From contig UPXV01000008.1 of the NCBI GenBank assembly GCA_900538465.1, positions 1,436-65,435 on the forward strand: 64,000 bases of DNA, written 5' to 3'. The translations under genes were made by a program, and so were the position numbers. Positions 28,862 to 38,235 of this stretch are shown here, piece after piece. Under the pieces are notes generated by a model. It saw nothing but the letters and a program-made list of their open reading frames with translations, did not search any database and was not told the origin of the DNA. Source of the stretch: an uncultured Erysipelotrichaceae bacterium (GTDB taxonomy: Bacteria; Bacillota_I; Bacilli_A; Erysipelotrichales; Coprobacillaceae). Position 1 is the first letter of the stretch; each line of letters opens with the position of its first letter.

Positions 28862-29323
28862 TTATGTCTTGTTATGGAGTGATATGGAAACGGATTCTAA
28901 GTATCTATCAATATTTTTGATGAATGTTTCTACATCAGTTTCATTTTTAAGAATCATCACAATATGCTCTTGATCATCATGAGTTGTTATAGTTACTGTT
29001 TTATGTTGTATGATAGCTTTTTGAATGTCAGTTATAATTTTTTCAAGTTGTTTTTTTGCATCATTATCTTTATAAATAGACTGTGAAATATATTTTGATA
29101 ATGAAGTCATAGAAATAGTGAAATCAGAATGTTTTGGATTTCCAAAAACACGCTGCATTGCTTCATATGTTGTTAACCATACATCCCCACTTTTACGAAT
29201 TTCATTGTCTTGAAATCTTTTTCTTTCAACAGCTTTTCTTATTGTATTTCCATTGGCTAATCCCCATTTTTCAGCAGCTTCAGTAAAGGTCATAACTTGA
29301 CTTAAATCTATCATATATATCAA
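28862..29323 (-). CDS. hypothetical helix-turn-helix domain protein
   Basis: N-terminal HTH-like segment MTFTEAAEKWGLANGNTIRKAVERKRF; remainder uncharacterised. Confidence 0.45.
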   Translation of the reverse strand: MIYMIDLSQVMTFTEAAEKWGLANGNTIRKAVERKRFQDNEIRKSGDVWLTTYEAMQRVFGNPKHSDFTISMTSLSKYISQSIYKDNDAKKQLEKIITDIQKAIIQHKTVTITTHDDQEHIVMILKNETDVETFIKNIDRYLESVSISLHNKT

Positions 29324-29343
29324 CTCCTATTGAGGAAATTGTA

Positions 29344-29718
29344 TCATAAGTTATTGAGAATGTCATCTAAAGCTTTTTGTCCATTCATTGTTCCAAAAGC
29401 ACGCATGTCAATAAGATGAATAGGAATTTGATAATTATTGAAAACTTTATCAACCATTCCTTTTAAATAACGAACTTGTGGTGCTATCCAAATACTAGCA
29501 ATTATTTTATCAAGTTGCCATTCTTCAACGGTTCTTTCATTAAGGAATTCTACTGGACCATAAGCCAAAATCATATCATATGAATCCATGAGTGTATCTA
29601 AATCTTTTAAGACTGAAAAAATATCTTCAACCAAAACCTTTTGTGAAGAAACTTGTCCAATTTTTTGACAAAATAGACTTGAAGTCGCTCCTCCAGCACA
29701 ACAAATATAAACTAGCAT
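29344..29718 (-). CDS. PTS sugar transporter subunit IIB (lactose/cellobiose family), orphan
   Basis: MLVYICCAGGATSSL (phospho-Cys loop like LFCSAGMSTSLL), C-terminal IHLIDMRAFGTMNGQKAL. Confidence 0.6.
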   Translation of the reverse strand: MLVYICCAGGATSSLFCQKIGQVSSQKVLVEDIFSVLKDLDTLMDSYDMILAYGPVEFLNERTVEEWQLDKIIASIWIAPQVRYLKGMVDKVFNNYQIPIHLIDMRAFGTMNGQKALDDILNNL

Positions 29719-30545
29719 TGTTCATTCCTCCTTATAAATTCGCTTATTGCTTGTACAAAATCTTCTTTGTGGTCAGTGAAGACTTCATGACCACAATTTT
29801 CATAGAGATGATATTCTCTATTATTAAGATGTGAGACTTCGTTATCAATGTATTGATATTGACAAATAGGATCGTCTTGCCCTTGCATGACTAAGAGCGA
29901 CAAAGAAAGGTGAGTAAAAAAATTATGGAAATGGTGTTGGAAAAACCAATCTGACATAGCGCATATATGTTGTAAAGAATGTGATGGATTGTTTACACTA
30001 AAGATAAATTCTCTCACATCATCTTGTTTAAAGAAATCTTCAGGTGATAAAGATGTCGATTGAAGGAAATGATTATCTCCCAATCTTTGGTTGTATTGAG
30101 ATTGCATAGCTTGATAAAAAGATAAAGCTTGTTGACGATCAAAAGTGATTGCAGGGCTGCTAAGAATAACTCCCGATAATTCATCATAAAATTTTTCTAA
30201 ACACAAACATGCAAGATATCCACCAAACGATCCACCCCATAGATAGAACTTTTGAATATGAAAACGTTGTAAACTATCTTGAATCACATGTAAAACATCA
30301 CCAGTAATTTGTTCAATAGATAATCCTTTCTTTAAATCATAAATTGAATCCCCACAACCTCTTTGATCAAAGTAAAGACAGTGAAAATTTTGGCTTAACA
30401 ATTGAAAGGCAGGTAATCCCATAAGGGCTTTTGCACCGCTACCTGGACCACCGTGTAAAAATAATATAGCAGTATGACTTTGTGTAGGATTAATAGAATA
30501 AACTTTTAAGTGACATTGATCGGTTTCTATAAAATATTGTTCCAT
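29712..30545 (-). CDS. alpha/beta hydrolase (proline iminopeptidase-like fold)
   Basis: HGGPGSG oxyanion region, nucleophile elbow GGSFGG, C-terminal His. Confidence 0.7.
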   Translation of the reverse strand: MEQYFIETDQCHLKVYSINPTQSHTAILFLHGGPGSGAKALMGLPAFQLLSQNFHCLYFDQRGCGDSIYDLKKGLSIEQITGDVLHVIQDSLQRFHIQKFYLWGGSFGGYLACLCLEKFYDELSGVILSSPAITFDRQQALSFYQAMQSQYNQRLGDNHFLQSTSLSPEDFFKQDDVREFIFSVNNPSHSLQHICAMSDWFFQHHFHNFFTHLSLSLLVMQGQDDPICQYQYIDNEVSHLNNREYHLYENCGHEVFTDHKEDFVQAISEFIRRNEQC

Positions 30546-30717
30546 AAAACTCTCCTTTCTTAATTGTCGCTATATCGTGACAAAACAATCGTATCATATT
30601 TTTCATATAATAACAATCCTTATTTGAAAGTTTTTGTTTTTCAAGTAAAAGTGACTTGTTATTCAAGTAAGATATTGACATAATAAAGTTGGGTTTTAAA
30701 GGGAGTTGAAACCTGAA

Positions 30718-30755
30718 CATAGTATCTTAAAAAAGCTACCTCATAAGATACTATG
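30718..30755. promoter_or_regulatory. perfect 12-bp inverted repeat CATAGTATCTTA-N14-TAAGATACTATG upstream of GH1 gene
   Basis: Arms at 30718-30729 and 30744-30755 are exact reverse complements; no U-run on either strand, so candidate operator/RNA structure rather than terminator. Confidence 0.4.
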
Positions 30756-30814
30756 TTATAAAAAAGTTTATACATAAAAATATTTATGAGAAAATATAAA
30801 AAGGAGGCATGATG

Positions 30815-32158
30815 ATGTTAAGAAAAGATTTTTTATGGGGTGGAGCAGTGACAGCTCATCAAAGTGAAGGTGGATATACTGAAGGTGGTAAAGTTCCAGC
30901 AGTTTGTGATTTAACAACAACGGGTGAATTTTCTGATTTTAAAGATGGTATAGATGCTTATCACAGATATCAAGAAGATTTTGATTTGTATCAGGAAATG
31001 GGCTTTAATGCTTATCGTTTTTCAATTGATTGGTCACGTATGATGAGTGATGAAAAGACTTATAATGAGGCTGGTTTTGAATTTTATGATGAATTCATTA
31101 ATGAATTGTTAAAGCGTGGAATTGAACCAATTCCAACATTATATCATTTTGAAATGCCTGTTTATTTACAAGAAAAATATAATGGTTTTGCAAGTCGAAA
31201 AGTGGTAGATATTTTTGTTGAGTTGTGTAAAAAAATTGTTGATCGTTATGCATCTAAAGTTAATAAATGGATTATTTTTAATGAACAAAATGGAATCCTA
31301 CAAAAAGGTCCAAAAATGTTCTTTGGAGCAGTATGTCCTCAAGATATGAATCCAGAAACATTCGATAATCAAATTATGCATAATACATTAATTGCTCATA
31401 GTTTAGTCAATGAATATATTCATCAAAAAGGGTGTAAAGTCATGGGAATGGCGACAGTTGTTCAAAGTTATCCAGAAACATGTCATCCTTTAGATACATT
31501 AGAAAGTATGAAAGCACAAAGTGAAGCTTATGTTTTCTTAGATGTTTTTGCAAGAGGTCATTATAATTCATATTATTATGCAAATATGAAAAATGAAGGC
31601 ACAATGCCAGAAATATTAGATGGCGATTTAGATATTTTGAAAAAAGGGATTACAGATTATTTATCAATTAGTTATTATATGTCAACAATCTCTCATTATG
31701 GGGAATTAAGCTTAACTAATGAAAAAGATGTTGTGATTAAGAAAAATCCATATTTAGAAATGTCTGAATTTGGTTGGACAGTTGATCCAATTGGCTTAAG
31801 AATTACATTACGTCAATTATATGATCGCTATGAAATGCCAATCTATATTGTAGAAAATGGTTTTGGTTATGATGATCAAATGAATGAAAATGGAGAAATC
31901 ATAGATGATTATCGTATTGATTATATGAGAAAACATATTGAACAAATGAAGATAGCAATCAGTGAAGGTGTTGATTGCCGTGGTTATTTGGCATGGGGAC
32001 CAGTTGATATCTTAAGTAGTCGTGCGCAAATGAAAAAACGTTATGGTTTTATTTATGTCAATAGAGATAATAAAGATTTAAAAGATATGAAAAGAATCAA
32101 AAAGAAATCATTTGATTGGTTTAAACATGTGATTCAAACAAATGGTGAAGAATTATAA
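30815..32158 (+). CDS. 6-phospho-beta-glucosidase (glycoside hydrolase family 1)
   Basis: GH1 N-terminal FLWGGAVTAHQSEGG, acid/base NEQN, nucleophile YIVENGFG; third ATG chosen for SD spacing (track start 30809). Confidence 0.85.
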   Translation: MLRKDFLWGGAVTAHQSEGGYTEGGKVPAVCDLTTTGEFSDFKDGIDAYHRYQEDFDLYQEMGFNAYRFSIDWSRMMSDEKTYNEAGFEFYDEFINELLKRGIEPIPTLYHFEMPVYLQEKYNGFASRKVVDIFVELCKKIVDRYASKVNKWIIFNEQNGILQKGPKMFFGAVCPQDMNPETFDNQIMHNTLIAHSLVNEYIHQKGCKVMGMATVVQSYPETCHPLDTLESMKAQSEAYVFLDVFARGHYNSYYYANMKNEGTMPEILDGDLDILKKGITDYLSISYYMSTISHYGELSLTNEKDVVIKKNPYLEMSEFGWTVDPIGLRITLRQLYDRYEMPIYIVENGFGYDDQMNENGEIIDDYRIDYMRKHIEQMKIAISEGVDCRGYLAWGPVDILSSRAQMKKRYGFIYVNRDNKDLKDMKRIKKKSFDWFKHVIQTNGEEL

Positions 32159-32256
32159 TTATAAAATTGAATTGTAGATGAGGGAAAGCTAATAAGAAAT
32201 GAGGAAATCTTATTAGCTTTTATGTTATAATGGAAGTAAATATTGGAGATGATTTG

Positions 32257-33273
32257 ATGAAAATAACAATGAAAGATATTGCAGGTCGTTTAGGGATTTC
32301 AATAAATGCTGTATCTATTGCTTTAAATGATAAACCAGGGGTCAGTGATGAAATGCGTTTAGAAATTTTAAAAACGGCTGATGAGATGGGATATATTAAT
32401 CAAAAGAAAAAATACTTGTCTGTATTTTCTAAAACAAATCTTTGTATTTTAATGCAAAGTTATTATGCGGATACGGGACATTTTTATTCTATTGTTTTAC
32501 GTTCTATTGTTGAACAAGCGAAAACTTTTGGATACTATTCAATATTAAATTATTTTGAAGATAGTGACTTTGTGATACCGGAGTGTATTCATGAAAGAAA
32601 AGTGGCAGGTATTTTAATTGTTGGGAAAATATCGGATGAAAATTTATTTATGCTAAAGAAAACGGGAATACCAATTGTTTTGGTTGATTTTACTTCTCTT
32701 TGTGCACCTTGTGATTGTGTATTGACACATAATAAACAAGGTGGATATATGATGACAAGTCATATAATTGAAAAAGGGTATAAGAAAATAGGTTTCTTTG
32801 GCGATTTGGATTATTCATTTAGTTTTCAAGATCGTTTTTTGGGATATAAGCAATCTCTTATTCACAATCAAATTGTTTCTATGGCTGATATTGATCAATA
32901 TATCAATCAATATTCTTTTACACAAGATATAGAAAAATATATTTTATCTAATCAAATATCGCAGATTGTTAAAATATTAAGTTCAAAACAATTGCCAGAG
33001 GTTCTTGTTTGTGCTAATGATTCTAATGCTTTTGCAGTTATACTTGCTTTGACACAAATGGGAATAAAGGTACCAGAAGATATAAGTGTTGTTGGTTTTG
33101 ATGATACACCATTATGTGTGAAATCAATACCTCAAATCACAACAGTCCAAGTTCAAAAAGAACTTATGGGACAAGTAGCCGTATCAACATTAATAGATCG
33201 TATTCATCGTAAAGATGATGTTTTAATGACTCGTTTACTCAGTGTAAAAATCATTGAAAGAGATTCTTTATAA
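32257..33273 (+). CDS. LacI family transcriptional regulator
   Basis: HTH MKDIAGRLGISINAVSIALN + periplasmic-binding-like domain; GGAG SD before ATG 32257. Confidence 0.85.
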   Translation: MKITMKDIAGRLGISINAVSIALNDKPGVSDEMRLEILKTADEMGYINQKKKYLSVFSKTNLCILMQSYYADTGHFYSIVLRSIVEQAKTFGYYSILNYFEDSDFVIPECIHERKVAGILIVGKISDENLFMLKKTGIPIVLVDFTSLCAPCDCVLTHNKQGGYMMTSHIIEKGYKKIGFFGDLDYSFSFQDRFLGYKQSLIHNQIVSMADIDQYINQYSFTQDIEKYILSNQISQIVKILSSKQLPEVLVCANDSNAFAVILALTQMGIKVPEDISVVGFDDTPLCVKSIPQITTVQVQKELMGQVAVSTLIDRIHRKDDVLMTRLLSVKIIERDSL

Positions 33274-33317
33274 TCAAAAAGGAATGAATGTTCACTTTTC
33301 AACATCATTCCTTTTTC

Positions 33318-34715
33318 TTATTTTTGTAAATCAAGAATTGCTTGATTAATTCTTCTCAATGTTTCTTCTTTACCTAAGATATGTGCAATTTCAACTGCTC
33401 CTCCAGGGGTAAATGACTTGTTTGTTAAAGCAACACGAACTGGCCACATAATACGACCATTCTTTAATTCTTTTTCCTTAGCAAGATGAACAAAGAATTC
33501 ACTCATTGCTTCATCATTATCAAATTCATTAAAGTTTTCAATTCTTTCTCTAACAAATAATAATGCTTCTAAAGAATTTTCAGGATTTGTTTTCATTTTT
33601 TTATGTGTATAGATAGAAGCATCAAATGGATGTGGCTCATTAATAAAATCAATACTTTCTTCAACATCAGATAATCTTTCTAAACGAGGCTGTAAAACTT
33701 TTGATAATTCTAATAAATCAACATCCCTTGTAATAGATTGATAATAAGGTAACAGCAATTCATGGAATTGTTCTAAAGACATATTTCTTAAATAAACACC
33801 ATTCATCCATTTTAACTTATCAATATCAAAAATAGCAGGTGATTTAGAAATATGAGCAATATTAAATTGTTGAATTAAATCATCTAAAGATAAGATTTCT
33901 TCATCTTCTGGAGACCAACCAAGTAAAGCAATATAATTTAAAATGGCTTCTTTTAAATACCCTTGTTTCTTTAAATCCTGATAAGAAGCATCTCCATTAC
34001 GTTTACTTAACTTATGAGTCTCATCTTTATTAACAGGTGGTAAATGAATATAAGTAGGAATTTGCCAATCAAAAGCATTATAAATTAAATTATATTTAGG
34101 GGTGCTTGATAAATATTCATTCCCTCTTACAACATGTGTAATATTCATTAAATGATCATCAATAACATTGGCAAAGTTATATGTAGGATAACCATCACTC
34201 TTAATTAAGATACCTTCATTTAATGTTTGATTCTCGACTTCAATATGTCCATAAACTTCATCATCAAAAGCAGTCATTCCCGTTGTTGGAATTGTTTGTC
34301 TTACAACATAGGAATGATGAGCATCTAATTTTTTTTGGATTTCTTCTTGTGATAAATGAATACATGGATCTTCGCCTTCCAATTCTCCTTCACAAAAACA
34401 ATAATGAGCTCCACCTAATGCAATTAACTTTTGTGCATATTCATGATAGATAGGTAATCTTTGAGATTGAATGTATGGACCAACACCACCATCTTTATCT
34501 GGACCTTCATCATAATGAAGACCAGTTTCTTCCATCACTTGATAGATTAAATCAATGGCTCCTTCTACTTCTCTTTGTTGATCAGTATCTTCAATTCTTA
34601 AGATAAAATCTCCACCATTATGTTTAGCGATTAAATAACAATATAAAGCCGTTCTTAAATTTCCTATATGCATATAACCAGTTGGGCTAGGTGCAAAACG
34701 TGTTCTGATTTTCAT
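33318..34715 (-). CDS. gltX: glutamate--tRNA ligase
   Basis: HIGH motif RFAPSPTGYMHIGNLRTAL, KMSKS-like LSKRNG; 465 aa. Confidence 0.9.
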   Translation of the reverse strand: MKIRTRFAPSPTGYMHIGNLRTALYCYLIAKHNGGDFILRIEDTDQQREVEGAIDLIYQVMEETGLHYDEGPDKDGGVGPYIQSQRLPIYHEYAQKLIALGGAHYCFCEGELEGEDPCIHLSQEEIQKKLDAHHSYVVRQTIPTTGMTAFDDEVYGHIEVENQTLNEGILIKSDGYPTYNFANVIDDHLMNITHVVRGNEYLSSTPKYNLIYNAFDWQIPTYIHLPPVNKDETHKLSKRNGDASYQDLKKQGYLKEAILNYIALLGWSPEDEEILSLDDLIQQFNIAHISKSPAIFDIDKLKWMNGVYLRNMSLEQFHELLLPYYQSITRDVDLLELSKVLQPRLERLSDVEESIDFINEPHPFDASIYTHKKMKTNPENSLEALLFVRERIENFNEFDNDEAMSEFFVHLAKEKELKNGRIMWPVRVALTNKSFTPGGAVEIAHILGKEETLRRINQAILDLQK

Positions 34716-34725
34716 GTCGTTCTCC

Positions 34726-34754
34726 TTTACTTATTGAAAAAAAGGTTCTATAAT
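34726..34754 (+). promoter_or_regulatory. candidate promoter for tRNA-Gln (TTTACT-17-TATAAT)
   Basis: -35 34726-34731, -10 34749-34754, 11 nt before mature tRNA 5' end; overlaps gltX RBS on the other strand. Confidence 0.4.
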
Positions 34755-34765
34755 AGAATAGGTTA

Positions 34766-34841
34766 TTGGGGTATAGCCAAGCGGTAAGGCATCAGACTCT
34801 GAATCTGACATTTCCTTGGTTCGAATCCAAGTACCTCAGCC
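34766..34841 (+). tRNA. tRNA-Gln (anticodon CUG)
   Basis: 76-nt cloverleaf incl. encoded CCA; acceptor TGGGGTA/TACCTCA (one G-U), 3-bp D-stem, anticodon stem TCAGA/TCTGA, loop CTCTGAA, T-arm CTTGG-TTCGAAT-CCAAG; strong similarity to E. coli tRNA-Gln. Confidence 0.85.
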
Positions 34842-34850
34842 AAATACAAA

Positions 34851-34876
34851 CAAAGCCATATCAATGGCTTTTTTTA
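34851..34876 (+). terminator. intrinsic terminator after tRNA-Gln (AAAGCCAT-atca-ATGGCTTT + T-run)
   Basis: 8-bp perfect stem + TTTTTTT. Confidence 0.6.
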
Positions 34877-34948
34877 TTACTTATTGATTTTATCATATTT
34901 CTTAAATATTTCAATGAATAAACAAATTCAAGAATAGAAAATAAGAAA

Positions 34949-34980
34949 ACTCCTTGATGAAACAAGGAGCTGTTTTTTTC
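34949..34980. terminator. bidirectional terminator downstream of minus-strand tRNA-Glu (CTCCTTG-N6-CAAGGAG flanked by A/T runs)
   Basis: 7-bp perfect stem; T-run on both strands. Confidence 0.55.
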
Positions 34981-34982
34981 TT

Positions 34983-35058
34983 GGTAGTCCGTACGGGGTT
35001 CGAACCCGTGAATGCTAGGATGAGAACCTAGTGTGTTGACCACTTCACCAACGGACCA
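34983..35058 (-). tRNA. tRNA-Glu (anticodon CUC)
   Basis: Reverse complement GGTCCGTTGGTGAAGTGGTCAACACACTAGGTTCTCATCCTAGCATTCACGGGTTCGAACCCCGTACGGACTACCA; close to B. subtilis tRNA-Glu; anticodon loop TTCTCAT. Confidence 0.8.
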
Positions 35059-35075
35059 GAAATGTTATAATAATA

Positions 35076-35103
35076 GTATACCACGCTTTCTTTTGGTGTA
35101 AAG
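35076..35103 (-). promoter_or_regulatory. promoter for tRNA-Glu (minus strand: TTTACA -35, 16-nt spacer, TGG-TATACT extended -10)
   Basis: On minus strand -35 at 35103-35098, -10 at 35081-35076 with TGG; mature 5' end about 17 nt downstream; AT-rich UP-like tract beyond. Confidence 0.55.
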
Positions 35104-35215
35104 ATTCTTTTTTTATTTTTTTGGTTGTGTTAAGTATTATAGCAATTTGTTAAAGAGAATTGCTAGATAATCTTATAAAAAAGTTGTATTCTAAAGATAG
35201 AAGGAGAGATGATTT

Positions 35216-36340
35216 ATGAGTATTGGAAAAAGACTTTTAAAGTTAAGGCAAGAAAAAGGAATGTCACAAGAGGAATTGGCACAACAATTACATGTATCTC
35301 GTCAAACAATTTCAAAATGGGAAAGTGACTTAAGTCTTCCAGATATGAAAATGATGATGTCATTAAGTGATTTTTTTCAAGTACCAATTACTGAATTGCT
35401 AGGTATTGATGATAATCAAAATCCACAAGATTCAATAGAACAGATATATCAACAAACCAAATGTGTTTTAGATAATCTTCAAAAAGAAAACGAAAGAAGA
35501 AAAGTCCGTGATTGGATCATTATAGGGATATGTTTATTGAGTATGTTAATTGTTGTATATTTGTTTTGGATAAATATTTTAAGCACAAGGAACAAAGAAA
35601 TTCATCAACAGATTATTCAATATCCAACAATTCAACAAGAAGAGAAATCTATAGTGAATTTTGGACATTCTTATTTTCATATTTTGAGTTTTGATTTTGA
35701 TAAAAAATTAATGATGGTTGATTGTCAATATACTTTAAATACTTATAAAGAGAAAGATCAAGTTGATTTAGTTATGATTGATCAAAATGATAAAGAATAT
35801 ATTTTTCCAATGACTTATGAAAAAGGCGTATTTGTTTATAAAGGTGAGATACCAATAAAAATTTATTCACAACAAAAGCTTATTGTTGAAAATGAAGAGC
35901 ACATGAAACAAACAGAATTTTTATCTCAAGAAAATTATTTATATCAACTTTTCCAAAATCTCATTTCTTTAAAAATGATCAATGATACAAAAAAACATAT
36001 GACAAATGAAATCGTTTATACTCCTAATCTTTATATACAAAGTGATGGGAATGAAATTCCATTAACAGGTACTTTAGATGGTGAACTTTATATAAAAATA
36101 ACTTCTTTGGATAAAGATGAAATTTTAATAGAAAAAAAGATCCCACTTGGTAAGGAAAAGCATCTTTATTTAAAACGATCAATTCATAATAAAGAAAATT
36201 TTAGTCTTGAAATAGCAATTGATTATGATGGAAAAAGGTGTATGCATACATCTTTTGATAAACAATTACTTTATAACACATATCAGGAAGAATATCATTT
36301 GATAGAAGGATCTGAAATTGATATATTTGCTTTTGAATAG
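35216..36340 (+). CDS. XRE-family HTH transcriptional regulator fused to a TM helix and about 250-aa extracytoplasmic domain
   Basis: N-terminal HTH_XRE (LKLRQEKGMSQEELAQQLHVSRQTISKWESDLSLPDMKMMMSLSDFFQVPITELLG), single TM WIIIGICLLSMLIVVYLFWINIL, large C-terminal domain. Confidence 0.7.
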   Translation: MSIGKRLLKLRQEKGMSQEELAQQLHVSRQTISKWESDLSLPDMKMMMSLSDFFQVPITELLGIDDNQNPQDSIEQIYQQTKCVLDNLQKENERRKVRDWIIIGICLLSMLIVVYLFWINILSTRNKEIHQQIIQYPTIQQEEKSIVNFGHSYFHILSFDFDKKLMMVDCQYTLNTYKEKDQVDLVMIDQNDKEYIFPMTYEKGVFVYKGEIPIKIYSQQKLIVENEEHMKQTEFLSQENYLYQLFQNLISLKMINDTKKHMTNEIVYTPNLYIQSDGNEIPLTGTLDGELYIKITSLDKDEILIEKKIPLGKEKHLYLKRSIHNKENFSLEIAIDYDGKRCMHTSFDKQLLYNTYQEEYHLIEGSEIDIFAFE

Positions 36341-36492
36341 AAGAACTTAAGATTTATTCTTAGGTTCTTTTGTTGTTGTACTAACGAATACAAGGTGGTA
36401 TAATAAAAATAAAGAAAAATATCCAAATAATGACATATTTTTGCTTTTTTTTAAGAAGAAATCAAAAGCAAATGAACTTTTTTGAAATTGTT

Positions 36493-36521
36493 TTGATATT
36501 TGATAAATTCCCGTGTATAAT
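36493..36521 (+). promoter_or_regulatory. canonical sigma-A promoter for murA (TTGATA-17-TATAAT)
   Basis: -35 36493-36498, -10 36516-36521; 75-nt leader with 8-bp inverted repeat TATGTATA/TATACATA. Confidence 0.6.
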
Positions 36522-36597
36522 CAATATGAAATAAAAAGTTTATGTATAATTTTTTATACATTTCTATATATTATGATAAGAGAAAGGAAAGAAGTGC

Positions 36598-37863
36598 ATG
36601 TCAGAAGTTATTGCAATCGAAGGTGGGCACAAATTAAATGGGACAGTGAGAATTAGTGGTGCAAAGAATGCAACAGTTGCGTTAATTCCAGCTGCTGTTT
36701 TATCTGATGGACCAGTAGAAATTCTTGGTGTACCTGAAATTTCGGATGTAGAAGCCCTTGCTATATTATTGAAAGAATTAAAATGTGATGTTGAGGTTGA
36801 TGGAGAACATATAAAAATAGATCCTACAAATATGGAAGATATTCCGCTTGTGAGTGAGGCGGTTAATAAATTACGTGCTTCTTATTATTTTATGGGAGCA
36901 TTACTGGGAAAATATAAACGTGTTAAAATTAGAATGCCTGGAGGATGTTATTTAGGACCACGTCCAATTGATTTACATTTAAAAGGTTTTGAGGCCTTAG
37001 GAGCTAAGATTAGCTATGAGGATGATACTTATCTCTTGGAAGCAGAAGAATTAATTGGAAGTTCTATTTATTTAGATTTTGCTTCTGTAGGAGCAACTAT
37101 TAATATTATGTTAGCGGCTGTTCGTGCAAAAGGAAAAACAGTTATTGAAAATGCTGCAAAGGAACCTGAGATTATTGATGTTGCCAATCTTTTAACAAAG
37201 ATGGGAGCTAAAATAAGAGGTGTAGGGACTGATACAATTACGATAGAAGGCGTTGATCATTTGAATGGAACATTCCATGAAATTATTCCTGATCGTATTG
37301 AAGCAGGGACTTTCTTGATTATTGCAGCTGCGGCTGGAGAAAAAGTCATTATTCAAAATATTATTCCACAACATTTAGAGGCTTTAATTTCTAAGTTGAA
37401 AGAAATTGGTGTCAAGATGGATGTTGTTGGTGATAGTATTGTTGTTTATGGAGTTCAAGGAGAGTTAAAACCAATTGATGTCAAGACGCAGATTTATCCT
37501 GGTTTTGCTACTGATTTGCAACAGCCATTAACAACTCTATTAACACAAGTTCATGGGGAATCTCATGTGAAAGAAACTATTTATGTTGAACGCTTTAAAC
37601 ATTGTGAACAATTAAATAAGATGGGTGCGAATATTAGTTTAGGAGAAGCATCAAGTTCTATTTTGGGACCAACTCCATTACATGGGGCTCGTGTTGAAGC
37701 TACTGATTTAAGATGTGGTGCGGCTTTGGTTGTGGCAGGACTCATTGCAGATGGAAAAACAGAGATTACAAATGTTTATCATATTGATAGAGGATATGAT
37801 AATATTGACCATAAGTTAATTACTTTAGGTGCACATATTACACGTTATGAAATAGAAGATTAA
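36598..37863 (+). CDS. murA: UDP-N-acetylglucosamine 1-carboxyvinyltransferase
   Basis: Full-length MurA (KISGAKNA, catalytic Cys loop ...PGGCYLGPRPIDLH...). Confidence 0.9.
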   Translation: MSEVIAIEGGHKLNGTVRISGAKNATVALIPAAVLSDGPVEILGVPEISDVEALAILLKELKCDVEVDGEHIKIDPTNMEDIPLVSEAVNKLRASYYFMGALLGKYKRVKIRMPGGCYLGPRPIDLHLKGFEALGAKISYEDDTYLLEAEELIGSSIYLDFASVGATINIMLAAVRAKGKTVIENAAKEPEIIDVANLLTKMGAKIRGVGTDTITIEGVDHLNGTFHEIIPDRIEAGTFLIIAAAAGEKVIIQNIIPQHLEALISKLKEIGVKMDVVGDSIVVYGVQGELKPIDVKTQIYPGFATDLQQPLTTLLTQVHGESHVKETIYVERFKHCEQLNKMGANISLGEASSSILGPTPLHGARVEATDLRCGAALVVAGLIADGKTEITNVYHIDRGYDNIDHKLITLGAHITRYEIED

Positions 37864-37965
37864 AAAAATAAAAAAAGTATTGTATTTATCAATAAGAAAT
37901 GATATTATAATTGAGCAACTTACTTTGAAGTAGCAAATATTTCAAGGCGGAAGGAGAAATGTAAA

Positions 37966-38169
37966 ATGAAAAAAGGAATTCATCCAGATTACAAAAAAGT
38001 AAAAGTCGTTTGTACTTCTTGTGGTGCTGAATTTGAAACAGGGTCAGTATTAGACGAAATTCGTGTTGATACTTGTTCAAATTGCCATCCATTCTATACT
38101 GGAAAACAAAGATTTGCTAGTGCAGATGGTCGTGTAGATAAATTCAACAAAAAATACGGACTTAAATAA
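37966..38169 (+). CDS. rpmE: 50S ribosomal protein L31
   Basis: [27 protein letters not shown]...[12 protein letters not shown] (Zn-binding type A). Confidence 0.9.
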   Translation: MKKGIHPDYKKVKVVCTSCGAEFETGSVLDEIRVDTCSNCHPFYTGKQRFASADGRVDKFNKKYGLK

Positions 38170-38176
38170 GAAGCTA

Positions 38177-38205
38177 AGAGCAGAAAATTCTGCTCTTTTT
38201 CTTTT
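38177..38205 (+). terminator. intrinsic terminator after rpmE (AGAGCAGAA-aat-TTCTGCTCT + T-run)
   Basis: 9-bp perfect stem + TTTTTCTTTT. Confidence 0.65.
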
Positions 38206-38235
38206 ACAAAAAAAAGAAGTTCCAAAGGAACTCCT
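38206..38235 (-). terminator. intrinsic terminator after MATE gene (minus strand GGAGTTCC-ttt-GGAACTTC + U8)
   Basis: 8-bp stem with one G-U, followed by 8 U on minus strand, immediately after stop codon. Confidence 0.6.

Noticed and set aside
30600-30700. cre (CcpA) site upstream of the GH1 gene
   Set aside because: No match to WTGNAANCGNWNNCW with central CG found by eye
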